Notes: a model not told the origin generated them from the sequence alone. A DNA stretch of 64,000 bases from Candidatus Latescibacterota bacterium (GCA_965219995.1 CBDCOX010000002.1:160001-224000), one strand, 5' to 3'. Positions 17,895-28,192 are shown, counted from the first letter of the stretch. Numbers and translations are program-made.

Positions 17895-18944
17895 ATGAAC
17901 ACTCCCGGGAATCCTGTGACAGAACCGGTCCAACCCGTAGACGTCGCCGTTATCGGCCCGGGCAGGATGGGCGGACTCTACGCTCGACTCCTCCGGCAAT
18001 CGGCGCTGACCAGGCTGGTTGCCGTGTGCGGCCGGGGGGAGGCCGCCGTCAGGAACGTTGCCACGGAATTGGACGTTCCGTTCTACACCGGCGCCCGTTA
18101 CCGCGACATGCTCTCCGACCATCCGCAGATCGAAGCGGTGATCGTTGCCACGTCCGAATGGGCGCACGCCGATCCCGTCGGGGCCTGCCTGAATTCCGGA
18201 AAGCACGTGCTTGTAGAAAAACCGATGGCGACGTCCCCTTCCGATGCCGCCCGGATGGTCCGGGACGCGGACCGGAACGGCGTGCGCCTGATGGTTTGTC
18301 ACAGTCTGCGTTTCGATCCCCGGTTCGCCGCCATGCGGGAAGCGGTCGCGGGCGGCGAAATCGGCGACGTCCTTCATCTCTACAGCCGGAGATCCTCCCA
18401 ACCCGCCGCCGTCGATCGGGTGCTGGGCCGGTTTCCGCTGGCCTATTGGCTGCTGCCGCACGATATCGATCTCGCGCTCTGGACGTCGCGAAGCGGGGTC
18501 GCCCGGGTCATGGCGTACGCCCGGTCCGGCGGGCAGCGCCGGCAGGATCTGATCGTCGTCGTTCTGACCTTTGACTGCGGTGCCGTTGCCGTTCTGGAAA
18601 ATGTCTGGGGTTCGCCCACGCGGGCCGGACGGCCGCAGAACCAGCTCTTCACCGTACGCGGCACGGACGGGGCCGTCGAGGTCCTTCCGTACGAAACCGG
18701 TCTTGCGGTCTATCGCGCCGACGACGTGGAATATCCCGATACCTCCGCCGCACCGGAGGTACACGGGCAGACCGAGGGCATGTCACGTTCGCTGATCCGG
18801 CACTTCGCGGGCGTGGTACGGAACTTGTGGAAACCTCAGATTACACCCCGGGACGGGCAGGCGGTTGTCCGGGTGGCATCCGCGGTAGACGCGTCGCTGA
18901 AGGAGGGCCGTGAAATCATCCTGTCACCAACGGAGGACGCATGA
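17895..18944 (+). CDS. Gfo/Idh/MocA family oxidoreductase
   Basis: IGPGRMG, HVLVEKPM, HDIDL. Confidence 0.9.
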   Translation: MNTPGNPVTEPVQPVDVAVIGPGRMGGLYARLLRQSALTRLVAVCGRGEAAVRNVATELDVPFYTGARYRDMLSDHPQIEAVIVATSEWAHADPVGACLNSGKHVLVEKPMATSPSDAARMVRDADRNGVRLMVCHSLRFDPRFAAMREAVAGGEIGDVLHLYSRRSSQPAAVDRVLGRFPLAYWLLPHDIDLALWTSRSGVARVMAYARSGGQRRQDLIVVVLTFDCGAVAVLENVWGSPTRAGRPQNQLFTVRGTDGAVEVLPYETGLAVYRADDVEYPDTSAAPEVHGQTEGMSRSLIRHFAGVVRNLWKPQITPRDGQAVVRVASAVDASLKEGREIILSPTEDA

Positions 18945-19324
18945 TCCGATCGATCGAGCATATCGCAATTGTCGCGGCCGATTCCAAAGCGCTCGCCCGT
19001 TGGTACTGCGACATTCTTGAATTCGAGATGATCCTTGAGAACGAAGAGAGCCGGACCTGGTTCGTGCGCCTCCCGGGAGGCGGAATCCTGGAGTTCCTGC
19101 CGTCAAACGACCGGACGCGCACGCCCGGCGCCGCCGACGACGCGGGCATCCGGCATATTGCGCTCTCGGTGGATGACTTCGATTCGGCGTGCCGGGTACT
19201 GGAGAGCCGCGGCGCCGCGTTTGTTGGGCCGTACCGGGAGACTTCCGCGGGGACCCGGTTCAACTTTCTGGCGGATCCCGAAGGCAATCTGCTGCAGATT
19301 GTGTACCGGCCCGAGTCTTTGTAA
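18941..19324 (+). CDS. VOC/glyoxalase family protein
   Basis: IEHIAI, GIRHIALSVDD, ADPEGNLLQI; ATGA overlap with the previous gene. Confidence 0.88.
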   Translation: MIRSIEHIAIVAADSKALARWYCDILEFEMILENEESRTWFVRLPGGGILEFLPSNDRTRTPGAADDAGIRHIALSVDDFDSACRVLESRGAAFVGPYRETSAGTRFNFLADPEGNLLQIVYRPESL

Positions 19325-19381
19325 CCCGGAGTCTCTCCGTATTGGCGCATCCGCCCGTACCGTCGATGTAACGATCCGGCC

Positions 19382-20458
19382 TCAACGCTGATATTTCGGC
19401 TCTCGGGGCGCCCTTTCTCTTTGCAGACGGAACCTGCTGCCGCTCATCGGCAACTCGACCCTTGCCCCGCCGCGCACGTGAGATTCGACGAACGCGAAAA
19501 TGAGCTCGGTATTGGCGTGCGCCGTTCTGACGCCGCCGCGCGGCGGTTCTCCGGTGTCCAGCGAACGGACGAGGTCTTGGATCAGCCGGACCGTTGAACT
19601 CGCCGGTTTGAAGGCCGGAAATTCCTGCGGCACCAGCACGGGCCGGCCGCGATGGTCCTCGGCGCCGTGCGCGCGCAATTCCCACGCCTTGCCGTTGTGC
19701 GTTCCCGTGACCACGCCCCGGTCGCCCACCGCCTCCACTTCCATGCCCCGTCCTGAATTCAGCGCGTATGCGGTGACTCCGTTTTCGAATTGCAGGATGC
19801 CGTGCCCCACCGGGTCCTCGGTCAGGCGTTCGCCGTCAATCACCTGGTCTCCGTTCGGCAGGTGGGCCTGAACCCACGACACCGGGTGGTCGCCATTGAG
19901 CCGCATCAGCAGGTCGAAGCTGTGGCTGGCGCCGTTGAAGAGAGGGCCGGTCTGATGGACGATCAGCGTGCGCAGGCGGCCGATCCGCCCGCCGTCGATC
20001 ACCTCCTTCATCGCGTCGTAACCAGGATCCCAGCGGCGGTTTGTGCCCATATTGAAAACGGCCCCGTTACGCTCAACCGCATCCACCATCGCGTCGGCTT
20101 CGTCGAGAGACGCGGCCATGGCTTTTTCGCCATAGACCGCGCGGACCCCCCGTTCGACCGCATCGATGACGATACCCGCGCGCTGCTCGGGCTGCGTGGC
20201 GACGCTGACGATGTCCGGGCGCTCGCGTTCGATCATCTCCCGGTAGTCGAAGTACTGCCTGTCTTCCGGCACGCCATAGCGGAGTCCGACCTGTTTCATG
20301 GCTTCTCCGCGCAAATCTGAACATGCGGTCATTTCCGTTCGTTCGCACGCCTCGTATCCCGCCGCGTGCGAGTAAGCGCCCCAGGATTCAGGCACTTCGT
20401 TGTCGATGAAGGCGCCCATTCTGCTGCACCCGATCAGCGCGGCCTTGTAGGTTTTCAT
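19382..20458 (-). CDS. Gfo/Idh/MocA family oxidoreductase
   Basis: IGCSRMG, DIVSVAT, GEKAMA, HSFDL. Confidence 0.88.
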   Translation of the reverse strand: MKTYKAALIGCSRMGAFIDNEVPESWGAYSHAAGYEACERTEMTACSDLRGEAMKQVGLRYGVPEDRQYFDYREMIERERPDIVSVATQPEQRAGIVIDAVERGVRAVYGEKAMAASLDEADAMVDAVERNGAVFNMGTNRRWDPGYDAMKEVIDGGRIGRLRTLIVHQTGPLFNGASHSFDLLMRLNGDHPVSWVQAHLPNGDQVIDGERLTEDPVGHGILQFENGVTAYALNSGRGMEVEAVGDRGVVTGTHNGKAWELRAHGAEDHRGRPVLVPQEFPAFKPASSTVRLIQDLVRSLDTGEPPRGGVRTAHANTELIFAFVESHVRGGARVELPMSGSRFRLQRERAPREPKYQR

Positions 20459-20560
20459 GAAGATTCTCTTCCGTTAATGGATCTGTCGCTGCCGGGAAGA
20501 ACGCTTCCAGGTTGACCGGACCGATACCCGCGCCACCCGCCCTGACGACGTGGAACCGCT

Positions 20561-20592
20561 AATATTCGGCCTCTGGTGCTGGATGTCAAGCG
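20561..20592 (-). promoter_or_regulatory. Promoter (TTGACA-17-AATATT), near-identical to the one upstream of rpoD
   Basis: Minus strand CGCTTGACATCCAG-N8-GCCGAATATT. Confidence 0.55.
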
Positions 20593-20701
20593 CAAACGAC
20601 CGAAAACCGAAGTCGCAGCAAGAAAATAAACGGATCGTACAACCGCCGATCGCCATCGGATCGGGCGCCGACCAGGCCGGCAGTACGGTCATACATTCCG
20701 C

Positions 20702-20730
20702 TTGACTTCGACCCCTGTTTCGTATAGATT
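20702..20730 (+). promoter_or_regulatory. sigma70 promoter for tRNA-Val
   Basis: TTGACT-17bp-TAGATT. Confidence 0.6.
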
Positions 20731-20865
20731 TCCGTCCGGATCGGACGTTTGGTTCGCGCATTAAATTACGAAAAGGCGGTCAGTCTTCACGGCGCCGTTC
20801 ATCGGGAACCACGAACCCGCTGTCGCCGGCTTCAAGGCGCCATGAAGAACCGGTTCAAATTGGAT

Positions 20866-20942
20866 GGGCGATTAGCTCAGGTGGTTAGAGTGCTTGCTTG
20901 ACATGCAAGAGGTCACTGGTTCGAGTCCAGTATCGCCCACCA
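20866..20942 (+). tRNA. tRNA-Val(GAC)
   Basis: GGGCGAT/ATCGCCC acceptor stem, CTTGC-TTGACAT-GCAAG anticodon arm, GGTTCGAGTCC, CCA. Confidence 0.97.
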
Positions 20943-20955
20943 TCTTTATTCACTG

Positions 20956-20997
20956 AAAAAAAAGGGCCTGCGACGGTACACCGCAGGCCCTTTTTTT
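20956..20997 (+). terminator. Intrinsic terminator after tRNA-Val
   Basis: AGGGCCTGCG...CGCAGGCCCTTTTTTT. Confidence 0.85.
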
Positions 20998-21227
20998 ACG
21001 TTCATTGCAGGATTGCCGGCGAGGGATGCCTGTACTTGTTGTTCTTGCCAGGAATCTTGCTTTTCAGTACCATTCCGCCGGAATGTCGCAATCTCGTCGC
21101 CTTTTTGCGACGGGCATCCGGTCCCGGGTCGCCTCATCAAGGATTCCGGACCCCTTCTGGATACGATTAAATGTCAGGCGTCACCCGAAAACTGCCGTAA
21201 CGTGTCTGCACTCGCAAAAGGAAAGAG

Positions 21228-23492
21228 ATGATTCCGAACCCCACGGCGGCAACCTCCGGCCGGGCCTCCCCGTCGTCCGGCCGGGGACACGGATTCGGCA
21301 CGGCGCCGGTCTTTCTCGCGTCGATCAGCACGATTCTCGGGGCCATCCTGTTCCTTCGTTTCGGGTACGCCGTCGCGCATACGGGACTCTGGGGCAGCCT
21401 GATGATTATCGTACTCGGACACCTGGTGACCATACCCACGGTCCTGGCGGTGTCCGAGATCGCGACCAACCGCCGAGTGGCGGGAGGCGGTGCGTACTAC
21501 ATTATCAGCCGGTCGTTCGGCACCAGCATCGGCGGTTCGATCGGGATCGCGCTCTACCTTTCTCAGGCGATATCGGTGGCGTTCTACCTGGTCGCGTTCG
21601 CGGAGGCGTTCCAGCCGGTCTATGCGTGGGCTTACGAACAGTACCAGGTGGATGCCGACCCGCGCTGGGTGAGTCTGGGCTGCACCGTATTTCTCGTCGT
21701 GCTGATGCTCCTCAAGGGCGCCGGCGTCGGCGTCGGCGCCCTTTGGGTCGTCAGCGTGATTCTCGGCGTGTCCATTGTTTCATTTCTGTTCGGAACGGGT
21801 CCCGAGTCCATCCGCCCCGACGCGCTTCATCTGACCGACAAGATCGAATCGCCGGACGCGTTCGGCGTCGTCTTTGCGACCTGCTTCCCGGCCTTTACCG
21901 GTATGATTGCCGGGCTGGGACTCTCGGGGGACCTGAAGAATCCACAGCGGAGTATCCCTCTAGGAATTATCGCCGCGACGTTTGCGGGCATGGTCGTGTA
22001 CGCACTGGTGGCGATCAAACTCGCAGAGAGCGCGACTCCGCAAGCGCTGAACGGCGATCAGTTCATCATGTCGCAGATCGCCATCTGGGGTCCTGCAATC
22101 CATATTGGTCTGGGCGCCGCCGCACTGTCGTCCGCCCTCGGCTCGATCCTCGTCGCGCCGAGAACCCTGCAGGCACTCGCCAGGGACAAGGTTCTTCCCA
22201 TTCCGAAATTGAACCAGCTGCTGGCCAGGGGTTGGGGGAAGGCGCAGGAGCCCGTCTACTCGACATGCGTATCAAGTGCCATAGCGGTGGTTTTTGTCGT
22301 TTTGGGCGACATCGACTTCATTGCGAAGATTCTCAGCATGTTTTTCATGGTCACGTACGGCGCCCTGTGTTCCGTTTCGTTCCTCGAATATTTCGCAGGG
22401 AATCCGTCGTACCGCCCCACGTTTCATTCGCGCTGGTACGTGTCGCTGATCGGCGCGGTCATGTGCGCGCTGATGATGCTCCAGATGAGTTTTCAGTATA
22501 CGCTGATCGCCATCGCGCTCATGGCCGCGATATATTTCGGGCTGCGGCGTTCGCGAAAAGGAGAACGCGACCTCACGGCGATCTTTCAGGGCACGATGTT
22601 CCAGCTCACCCGCCGGCTTCAGATCACGCTGCAGAAGAACCAGGTGGAAAAATACGACGGCGGCTGGCGCCCCTCGATTGTTGCCGTGACGCGTTTCGGC
22701 GACCGCCGTTTGGGGCACTTCGATCTGTTGCGCTGGATCAGCCACAGGCACGGGTTCGGCCATTTCGTCCAGTACTATCAAGGTGAATACTCGATCGACG
22801 ACGAGGCGAAAGCCCGCATCCAGGTGGACAAACTCATCGAGCGGGCGAACGTCAGCGGCGCCGGGATTTTCGTCGATTCTCTGATCTGCCCTTCGTTCAG
22901 CCAGGCGCTGGCGCAGACACTCCAGATGCCCGGCATCTCCGGCCTGCCCAACAACTGCATTCTTCTTGAGTTCGACAAGGACCGTCCGGAGGAAATCGAT
23001 GAAACGGCCGAGGGCGTGCGACTTGCGGCCGCGGCGATGTTCAATGTCATGGTCCTGCGTTCCACGAACTACCGGTTCGGTTACCGGTCTTCGATTCATC
23101 TGTGGGTGACGGAGGATAATCTGACCAATGCGCCGCTGATGCTGCTTCTTGCGTATATCGTCGTGGGCCACCGCGACTGGCGGCGGGCGGAGATCAGGCT
23201 CTTCGCCTGCCATGAGTCCGCAGACGCGGAACGCGAGACACGCAGGCTGTCCAGTCTGATGACGGAGGGTCGGCTGCCCATTTCCCTGCAGAACGTCACC
23301 TCCGTCGAATGCACGACGGATGAGTCCGTCGAGGAAGAGGTCTCCCGTCGCTCTTCCGAGGCCGACCTGGTCATCGCCGGCATTACTGAAGACGAGGTAC
23401 GATCCGATGCGGGGGAGGACGTACTCCGGCGCTACAACGGCGCAAACGACGTTCTGTTCGTACACGCGAGGGAGAATATCGTAATCGAATGA
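21228..23492 (+). CDS. Amino acid permease / SLC12-like cation-chloride cotransporter
   Basis: STILGAILFLRFG, GGAYYIISRSFG, FPAFTG..GLGLSGDLKNP, WRP; cytoplasmic C-terminal domain. Confidence 0.88.
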   Translation: MIPNPTAATSGRASPSSGRGHGFGTAPVFLASISTILGAILFLRFGYAVAHTGLWGSLMIIVLGHLVTIPTVLAVSEIATNRRVAGGGAYYIISRSFGTSIGGSIGIALYLSQAISVAFYLVAFAEAFQPVYAWAYEQYQVDADPRWVSLGCTVFLVVLMLLKGAGVGVGALWVVSVILGVSIVSFLFGTGPESIRPDALHLTDKIESPDAFGVVFATCFPAFTGMIAGLGLSGDLKNPQRSIPLGIIAATFAGMVVYALVAIKLAESATPQALNGDQFIMSQIAIWGPAIHIGLGAAALSSALGSILVAPRTLQALARDKVLPIPKLNQLLARGWGKAQEPVYSTCVSSAIAVVFVVLGDIDFIAKILSMFFMVTYGALCSVSFLEYFAGNPSYRPTFHSRWYVSLIGAVMCALMMLQMSFQYTLIAIALMAAIYFGLRRSRKGERDLTAIFQGTMFQLTRRLQITLQKNQVEKYDGGWRPSIVAVTRFGDRRLGHFDLLRWISHRHGFGHFVQYYQGEYSIDDEAKARIQVDKLIERANVSGAGIFVDSLICPSFSQALAQTLQMPGISGLPNNCILLEFDKDRPEEIDETAEGVRLAAAAMFNVMVLRSTNYRFGYRSSIHLWVTEDNLTNAPLMLLLAYIVVGHRDWRRAEIRLFACHESADAERETRRLSSLMTEGRLPISLQNVTSVECTTDESVEEEVSRRSSEADLVIAGITEDEVRSDAGEDVLRRYNGANDVLFVHARENIVIE

Positions 23493-23569
23493 CCGGCCGT
23501 TGCCGGTGAAGGTTCCGGCGTCTGATTTCGGGGATGTAATCCGGCCGTCCCTGAGAAGGAGCATTTGCA

Positions 23570-24385
23570 ATGAAAACCGCGAACGCACACACGGATGCAG
23601 GCGAACCCGTCGAATCCGCGCCGATACAGCCCATGACGGAATACGAAAAATTCCTCTTCGACCTGAAGGGTTTTCTCGTTATTCCCGGCGTGCTCACGGA
23701 CGATGCAATACAAAGCGTTCGGGAGCACATCGATGTCTACATGAAAGATCCCGGGAGTCTGCCGGAGCACCAGAGGGCGCCCATCGCCGGCCCCGCGGAA
23801 TTTCTCATCGATCATCCGAGGGTCATGGGTGTCCTGCAGGAGGTGATTCATCCGGAACGCGATCGCATCCGCCTGGAGAGCGTCTTCGTTTCCGCCCGAT
23901 CGACCGGGACGACCGGGAATCAATGGCGGCCTCACGTGGGCGGGACGAATCTCGATCCGTCCACTTCCTACCGCTTTCACAACGGTCGAATCTACAGCGG
24001 GATGACACGCATTGTCTGGGAATTGAATGAAGTGAAGAAGGGGCAGGGCGGCACGTGCCTCGTGCCCGGCTCGCACAAGGCCAATACGGTTTCGGCCCAG
24101 GACGGGACCTGGCCGGAGCAGGCCGACGATCCGGACTCGGGACTCTGGGAGACCTACGGGTGTCCGCCGGGGAGTCTTGTCGTATTCTCAGAGGGGGTGC
24201 GGCATACCGGATCGGCCTGGACGAATCATGACAATCCCCGCCGGGCCATTCTGATCGCTTACAACTACGTGACCGTCCGGTTCCACGAACCCAAACCCTG
24301 CATGAATTCCGTGGTGATCGGCGGGTTGAACGAAGCGCGTCAGAGGTTTTTCAGGGACGTCTGGATCCTGCCAAACAAGAGGTAG
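23570..24385 (+). CDS. PhyH family Fe(II)/2OG enzyme (HxG variant)
   Basis: FDLKGFLVIPGVL, PHVGG, GGTCLVPGSHK, VRHTG; AGGAG SD. Confidence 0.82.
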   Translation: MKTANAHTDAGEPVESAPIQPMTEYEKFLFDLKGFLVIPGVLTDDAIQSVREHIDVYMKDPGSLPEHQRAPIAGPAEFLIDHPRVMGVLQEVIHPERDRIRLESVFVSARSTGTTGNQWRPHVGGTNLDPSTSYRFHNGRIYSGMTRIVWELNEVKKGQGGTCLVPGSHKANTVSAQDGTWPEQADDPDSGLWETYGCPPGSLVVFSEGVRHTGSAWTNHDNPRRAILIAYNYVTVRFHEPKPCMNSVVIGGLNEARQRFFRDVWILPNKR

Positions 24386-24414
24386 TCGGCAAGTCATCCG
24401 CAACTCGCGATCAG

Positions 24415-24449
24415 AAAAGCCCGGCCAATCGAATGGCTTCGGGCTTTTT
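24415..24449. terminator. Bidirectional terminator between convergent PhyH genes
   Basis: AAAAGCCCG...CGGGCTTTTT. Confidence 0.7.
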
Positions 24450-24484
24450 CGGTTTCTGAGTTTCGACTCGTATTTCGGTTCGGG

Positions 24485-25357
24485 TCAGGGTTTCCACCGG
24501 CCGGGATCGATGGCGGCTGCGTCGGATTTCATGCCTTTGGGTTTGTGGGGCTGATTCCAGTCCAGGCCGGTCGTGTTGGGGCTTTGCAGATAGCGACGGG
24601 TTTCAGGCGGCGCGCCGGCAACGAGTTCCGGGTCCCACTCGGGCATCGGTTGTATGGGGCCTGCCCACGCCGGTCGGTACCCCAATTGAACCAGCGTCCG
24701 TTGGTTTCGCGACCTGTTCGGATGGGTGCCGTGGAACAGGTTGATGGGGATAACCAGCGCCGTACCCGCCTTCACGCAGAGTGTGACCTCGCCCGGGTGG
24801 TATTTGTAACGCACGTAGGGGTTCGCTTCGGCATGGTACGAAAGGTGGGATCGTGGTACCAGGCGAAACGGCGCCCGCTCGGGTGTCAGGTCGTCGAGGT
24901 AGTACAGAACGCGCAGCAGTCGCGGACAGCTTCCTTCGTATCCGAAGATGGACGACCCGAACGGCTGGCCGTCGGTGTGCAGCGAAATGGGCGGGGAGCC
25001 CGAGAGCGTCCTGGTGAAGAGCCCCCGGGTGAACACGATGTCTTCACCGAGCAGCGTCTCCAGGAAGCCGATCATCGGCGGATGCGCGATCAGTTCGGCC
25101 AGTGCCCGGCTGCGCCATTGCGGCTCGAGGCAAAAGGTCTGCGCGTCGCTGTAATCCTTCGTCTGCATCGGCGCATCCGCCATTTCGCGCTTGATCCGGT
25201 CCATGTGTTCCGCGTCGAGGATGTCCGGGAGAACGACGTATCCCTCCACCTCGAGGCGACGGACCTGTTCCCCCGTCGTAAGGCTGCTGTAGTCGGTTTC
25301 GTCCAGGTTCATGAAACCGATCTCTTCGTTCGGATCGATTCGCACGTCCGCTTGCAT
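24485..25357 (-). CDS. PhyH family dioxygenase
   Basis: EGYVVLPDIL, LHTDG (HxD), LVPRSH, FHGTHPN; AAGGAG SD before MQADV. Confidence 0.85.
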   Translation of the reverse strand: MQADVRIDPNEEIGFMNLDETDYSSLTTGEQVRRLEVEGYVVLPDILDAEHMDRIKREMADAPMQTKDYSDAQTFCLEPQWRSRALAELIAHPPMIGFLETLLGEDIVFTRGLFTRTLSGSPPISLHTDGQPFGSSIFGYEGSCPRLLRVLYYLDDLTPERAPFRLVPRSHLSYHAEANPYVRYKYHPGEVTLCVKAGTALVIPINLFHGTHPNRSRNQRTLVQLGYRPAWAGPIQPMPEWDPELVAGAPPETRRYLQSPNTTGLDWNQPHKPKGMKSDAAAIDPGRWKP

Positions 25358-25509
25358 GACGGTTCTCCTTACTTGCGGCCGGCGCCGCGGCGGTGGAAAC
25401 CCTGTTCGGAGAGCCCCCGTTTCCGGTGGGTTCTGATATCGGGAGCCGTGGCGGCACGTCTCATCCTGAGTTGGCGGACCAAAGATAAACACAGCGACTG
25501 GATAGGGCA

Positions 25510-28176
25510 ATGGATGGATTGGGTGTGTTGATCGGCATTCTTCTCCTATGCTGGTTCCGGCCCGGCAAGTCTGCGGCCGCGGGAGCGCCGGTCCCGGTCT
25601 ACAGCGAGACGCCGTCGCCCGAATCGCTGGAGAAACTCCGGAAGGCGGTCGCGCCGCTGATGGCGATGTCCGAGGACAGGCTTGTCGCCGTGGTGCCGGA
25701 CCGCACCGGGTTCCGGTATGTGGCCTGCGCCCGTTGCGGTGAAGGCGTCAGGGAGCGGCAGCTTGACTGGTCCATTGAGGATCCGCTGCGGGTGCGTTGC
25801 CGGCACTGCGCAACGGGATTTCCCGGAGGCGAATTTGCGGAGAACCGCACCCTGCGCGTCTTGAACCCTCTGGGCATCGAAGTCGATTACCCCTTTTTCG
25901 AAGACATTCGGGGACGACGATTCTTCTTCCGCGCCAGGGCCTGGTGGTGCGCCAGGTTCTATCTTGCGGAACGTGCGCGGGACCTCGGGCGATTGTACGC
26001 GGCGACCGGTCATCGGCAGTATGCCCGCCGGGCGGCATTGATCCTGGACGCCATTGCGCGGCATTATCCCGGATTTCTCGTCTGGATCGACGTGGCGAAT
26101 TCGCCAAAGCGGGTTTGCATGGACCCGCCGTTTCCGCGGCGGGGTGGAAAATGGGGGGAGTGGCGCTACGCCGAAATCCCGACGGAGCTGATCTACGCGT
26201 ACGATTCGATTCGGTACAGCGGCGAACTGGATCGGCTTGCGCGGGAACGGGGTGAAGATGTCAGCCGCCGCATCGAAGACGGCTTCTTCAGGGGTGGCAT
26301 CCGGCAGGACGCCTTCCATGGCATCCTGTATACTAATGCGAGCCCGGAGACCTACGAGGGATATGCGGTCGCCGGCCGCGTGATGGACGAGCCGGCGCTG
26401 GTCCACCGGGCGGTGCGTTGCGCGCACGGGCTGTTTCGTCGGTTCTCCGTGGACGGCTTCTGGTGCCAGGGCAGCCCCGCGTATCATCGATATACGCTGT
26501 CAGGCCTGATGCGCGTGCTCGAAGCCCTGGCCGGATACTCCGATCCTCCCGGCTATCTTGACGCGGAAGACGGCCGGCGCTTTGTCGATCTGGACCCGCT
26601 TCGCGAATTCACCGACGTTGAACGCTGCACACGGGTTCTCGATGTCTTCAGGTATCCCGATGGACGGCTGATTCCGGTACACGATTCCTGGGCAAGATTC
26701 GAGGACCTGAAACCCTCGGACCGGTCGCGTTCGGCGCTGTTTGCCGGGATGGGTCATGCGTGGCTCGGGCTGGGCGAAGACGAACGCCAGACGCAGGCGC
26801 ACCTTCATTTCTCGGAAGGCGGCCACGGACACGACCACGCGGACATGTTGAACTTGATGCTGTATGTGTTTGGAGAAGAGTTGGTGTCGGACCTTGGATA
26901 CACCCATACGCGGTACCGGCCCTGGACCGTGAGTACGCTGGCGCACAATACAGTGGTGATCGACGGGCAGGATCAGTACCGGAGTGGAGACAAGGGGGCG
27001 TCCGGCGGCAGACTCCTGGCATTCGAGACCACGCACAAAACGGTACAGTGGATGGAAGCAAGCGGTGAGCGCGCGTACCCGGAGTTGGCTCGGGAGTACC
27101 GGCGAACGGTCATGCTGGTTGCCGCGGGCGATCGGAATGTGTACGCGGTGGATATCTTCCGGGTGCGCGGAGGCGCCACGCATGACTGGACCCTGCACGG
27201 GAGCGCCGATCGCGACGGATGGGCCCGCCTGGATGTGCCATTGAAGCCCGTCGGGCGGCATCTGTTGGGTGGAGTTGAAGTTCGGCTTCCCGAATTCGAA
27301 GGGGATTCAGGCGACGCCGGGGGGCGTAACATCAGCTACGGATTCGTACAGAATGTGTCCCGAGGTCGGGCGGTAGATGGACTGACGGTGCGTTTTGGCC
27401 TGGCAGGGGCGAGCGCCGGGCTCCGGTGCCATTTGCCCGGACTCTACGGCGCCGAGGTCTATCTGGGCGACGCCCCGTCGGTCCGGCGCGCAGATGAGAA
27501 TGAAGTCGAATTGGACAGGTACAGGATGCCGGTCTTCGTGGCGCGGCGCCGCGGGAGTGCGCCGCTTTCGAGCGTCTTCGCGGCGGTCCACGAGCCCTTC
27601 GACGGGTCTCCGTTCATCAAGTGTGTCCGGCAGGTCTACATGGACGATCGGTCCGTCGTCCTGGAGGTGCGGCACGGAGGCTGTGTGGACCGGATCGCGC
27701 ATCGCGCGGTATGGCGCGACGAACCGCTGGTGGTCGGCGATCTCACGTTGAACGGCGAGTTCGGCTTCGTGCGGGAACGGGATGGCGACGCCACGTGCCT
27801 TGGGCTGTGGGGCGGGAACGAATTGAGATGGAAAGAGGACGCGATTACGGGCGGGGGTGTCTACGACCTGAAGGTGGAGCGTGTTCTCAGAAAGGCCGGC
27901 GGCGACCCGTTCGACGGACTGGACGTATCGGGTGAGGCACTCGACCGCGCGGGCGTTGCGGGAACGACGGCAATCATACGGTTCGGGGACGGCTCAACGA
28001 CGGGATGCACCGTGGAACGCGTCGTCAGGGACGGTCGAAGGCTTATCCTGGTTACCGCTGAAGACCCGGGGTTTTCAATCGAGAACGGCTCGATGCGCCA
28101 CCTGTACTTTCCGCTTTGCAAAATCTCAGGGCCGGTTACCTGTCACGTCCGGACCTCGGCTTTCGAGTGTCTGTAG
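25510..28176 (+). CDS. Heparinase II/III family (polysaccharide lyase-like) protein
   Basis: Signal peptide; DGFWCQGSPAYH, GHGHDHADMLN, DLGY, TLAHNTVVIDG, YRR motifs. Confidence 0.82.
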   Translation: MDGLGVLIGILLLCWFRPGKSAAAGAPVPVYSETPSPESLEKLRKAVAPLMAMSEDRLVAVVPDRTGFRYVACARCGEGVRERQLDWSIEDPLRVRCRHCATGFPGGEFAENRTLRVLNPLGIEVDYPFFEDIRGRRFFFRARAWWCARFYLAERARDLGRLYAATGHRQYARRAALILDAIARHYPGFLVWIDVANSPKRVCMDPPFPRRGGKWGEWRYAEIPTELIYAYDSIRYSGELDRLARERGEDVSRRIEDGFFRGGIRQDAFHGILYTNASPETYEGYAVAGRVMDEPALVHRAVRCAHGLFRRFSVDGFWCQGSPAYHRYTLSGLMRVLEALAGYSDPPGYLDAEDGRRFVDLDPLREFTDVERCTRVLDVFRYPDGRLIPVHDSWARFEDLKPSDRSRSALFAGMGHAWLGLGEDERQTQAHLHFSEGGHGHDHADMLNLMLYVFGEELVSDLGYTHTRYRPWTVSTLAHNTVVIDGQDQYRSGDKGASGGRLLAFETTHKTVQWMEASGERAYPELAREYRRTVMLVAAGDRNVYAVDIFRVRGGATHDWTLHGSADRDGWARLDVPLKPVGRHLLGGVEVRLPEFEGDSGDAGGRNISYGFVQNVSRGRAVDGLTVRFGLAGASAGLRCHLPGLYGAEVYLGDAPSVRRADENEVELDRYRMPVFVARRRGSAPLSSVFAAVHEPFDGSPFIKCVRQVYMDDRSVVLEVRHGGCVDRIAHRAVWRDEPLVVGDLTLNGEFGFVRERDGDATCLGLWGGNELRWKEDAITGGGVYDLKVERVLRKAGGDPFDGLDVSGEALDRAGVAGTTAIIRFGDGSTTGCTVERVVRDGRRLILVTAEDPGFSIENGSMRHLYFPLCKISGPVTCHVRTSAFECL

Positions 28177-28192
28177 ACTCGCCGCGAGGTCA

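Noticed and set aside
17838-18764. Extended N-terminus of the 787-aa PQQ dehydrogenase ORF
   Set aside because: Antisense to the Gfo/Idh/MocA gene; a good SD and signal peptide place the start at 17837
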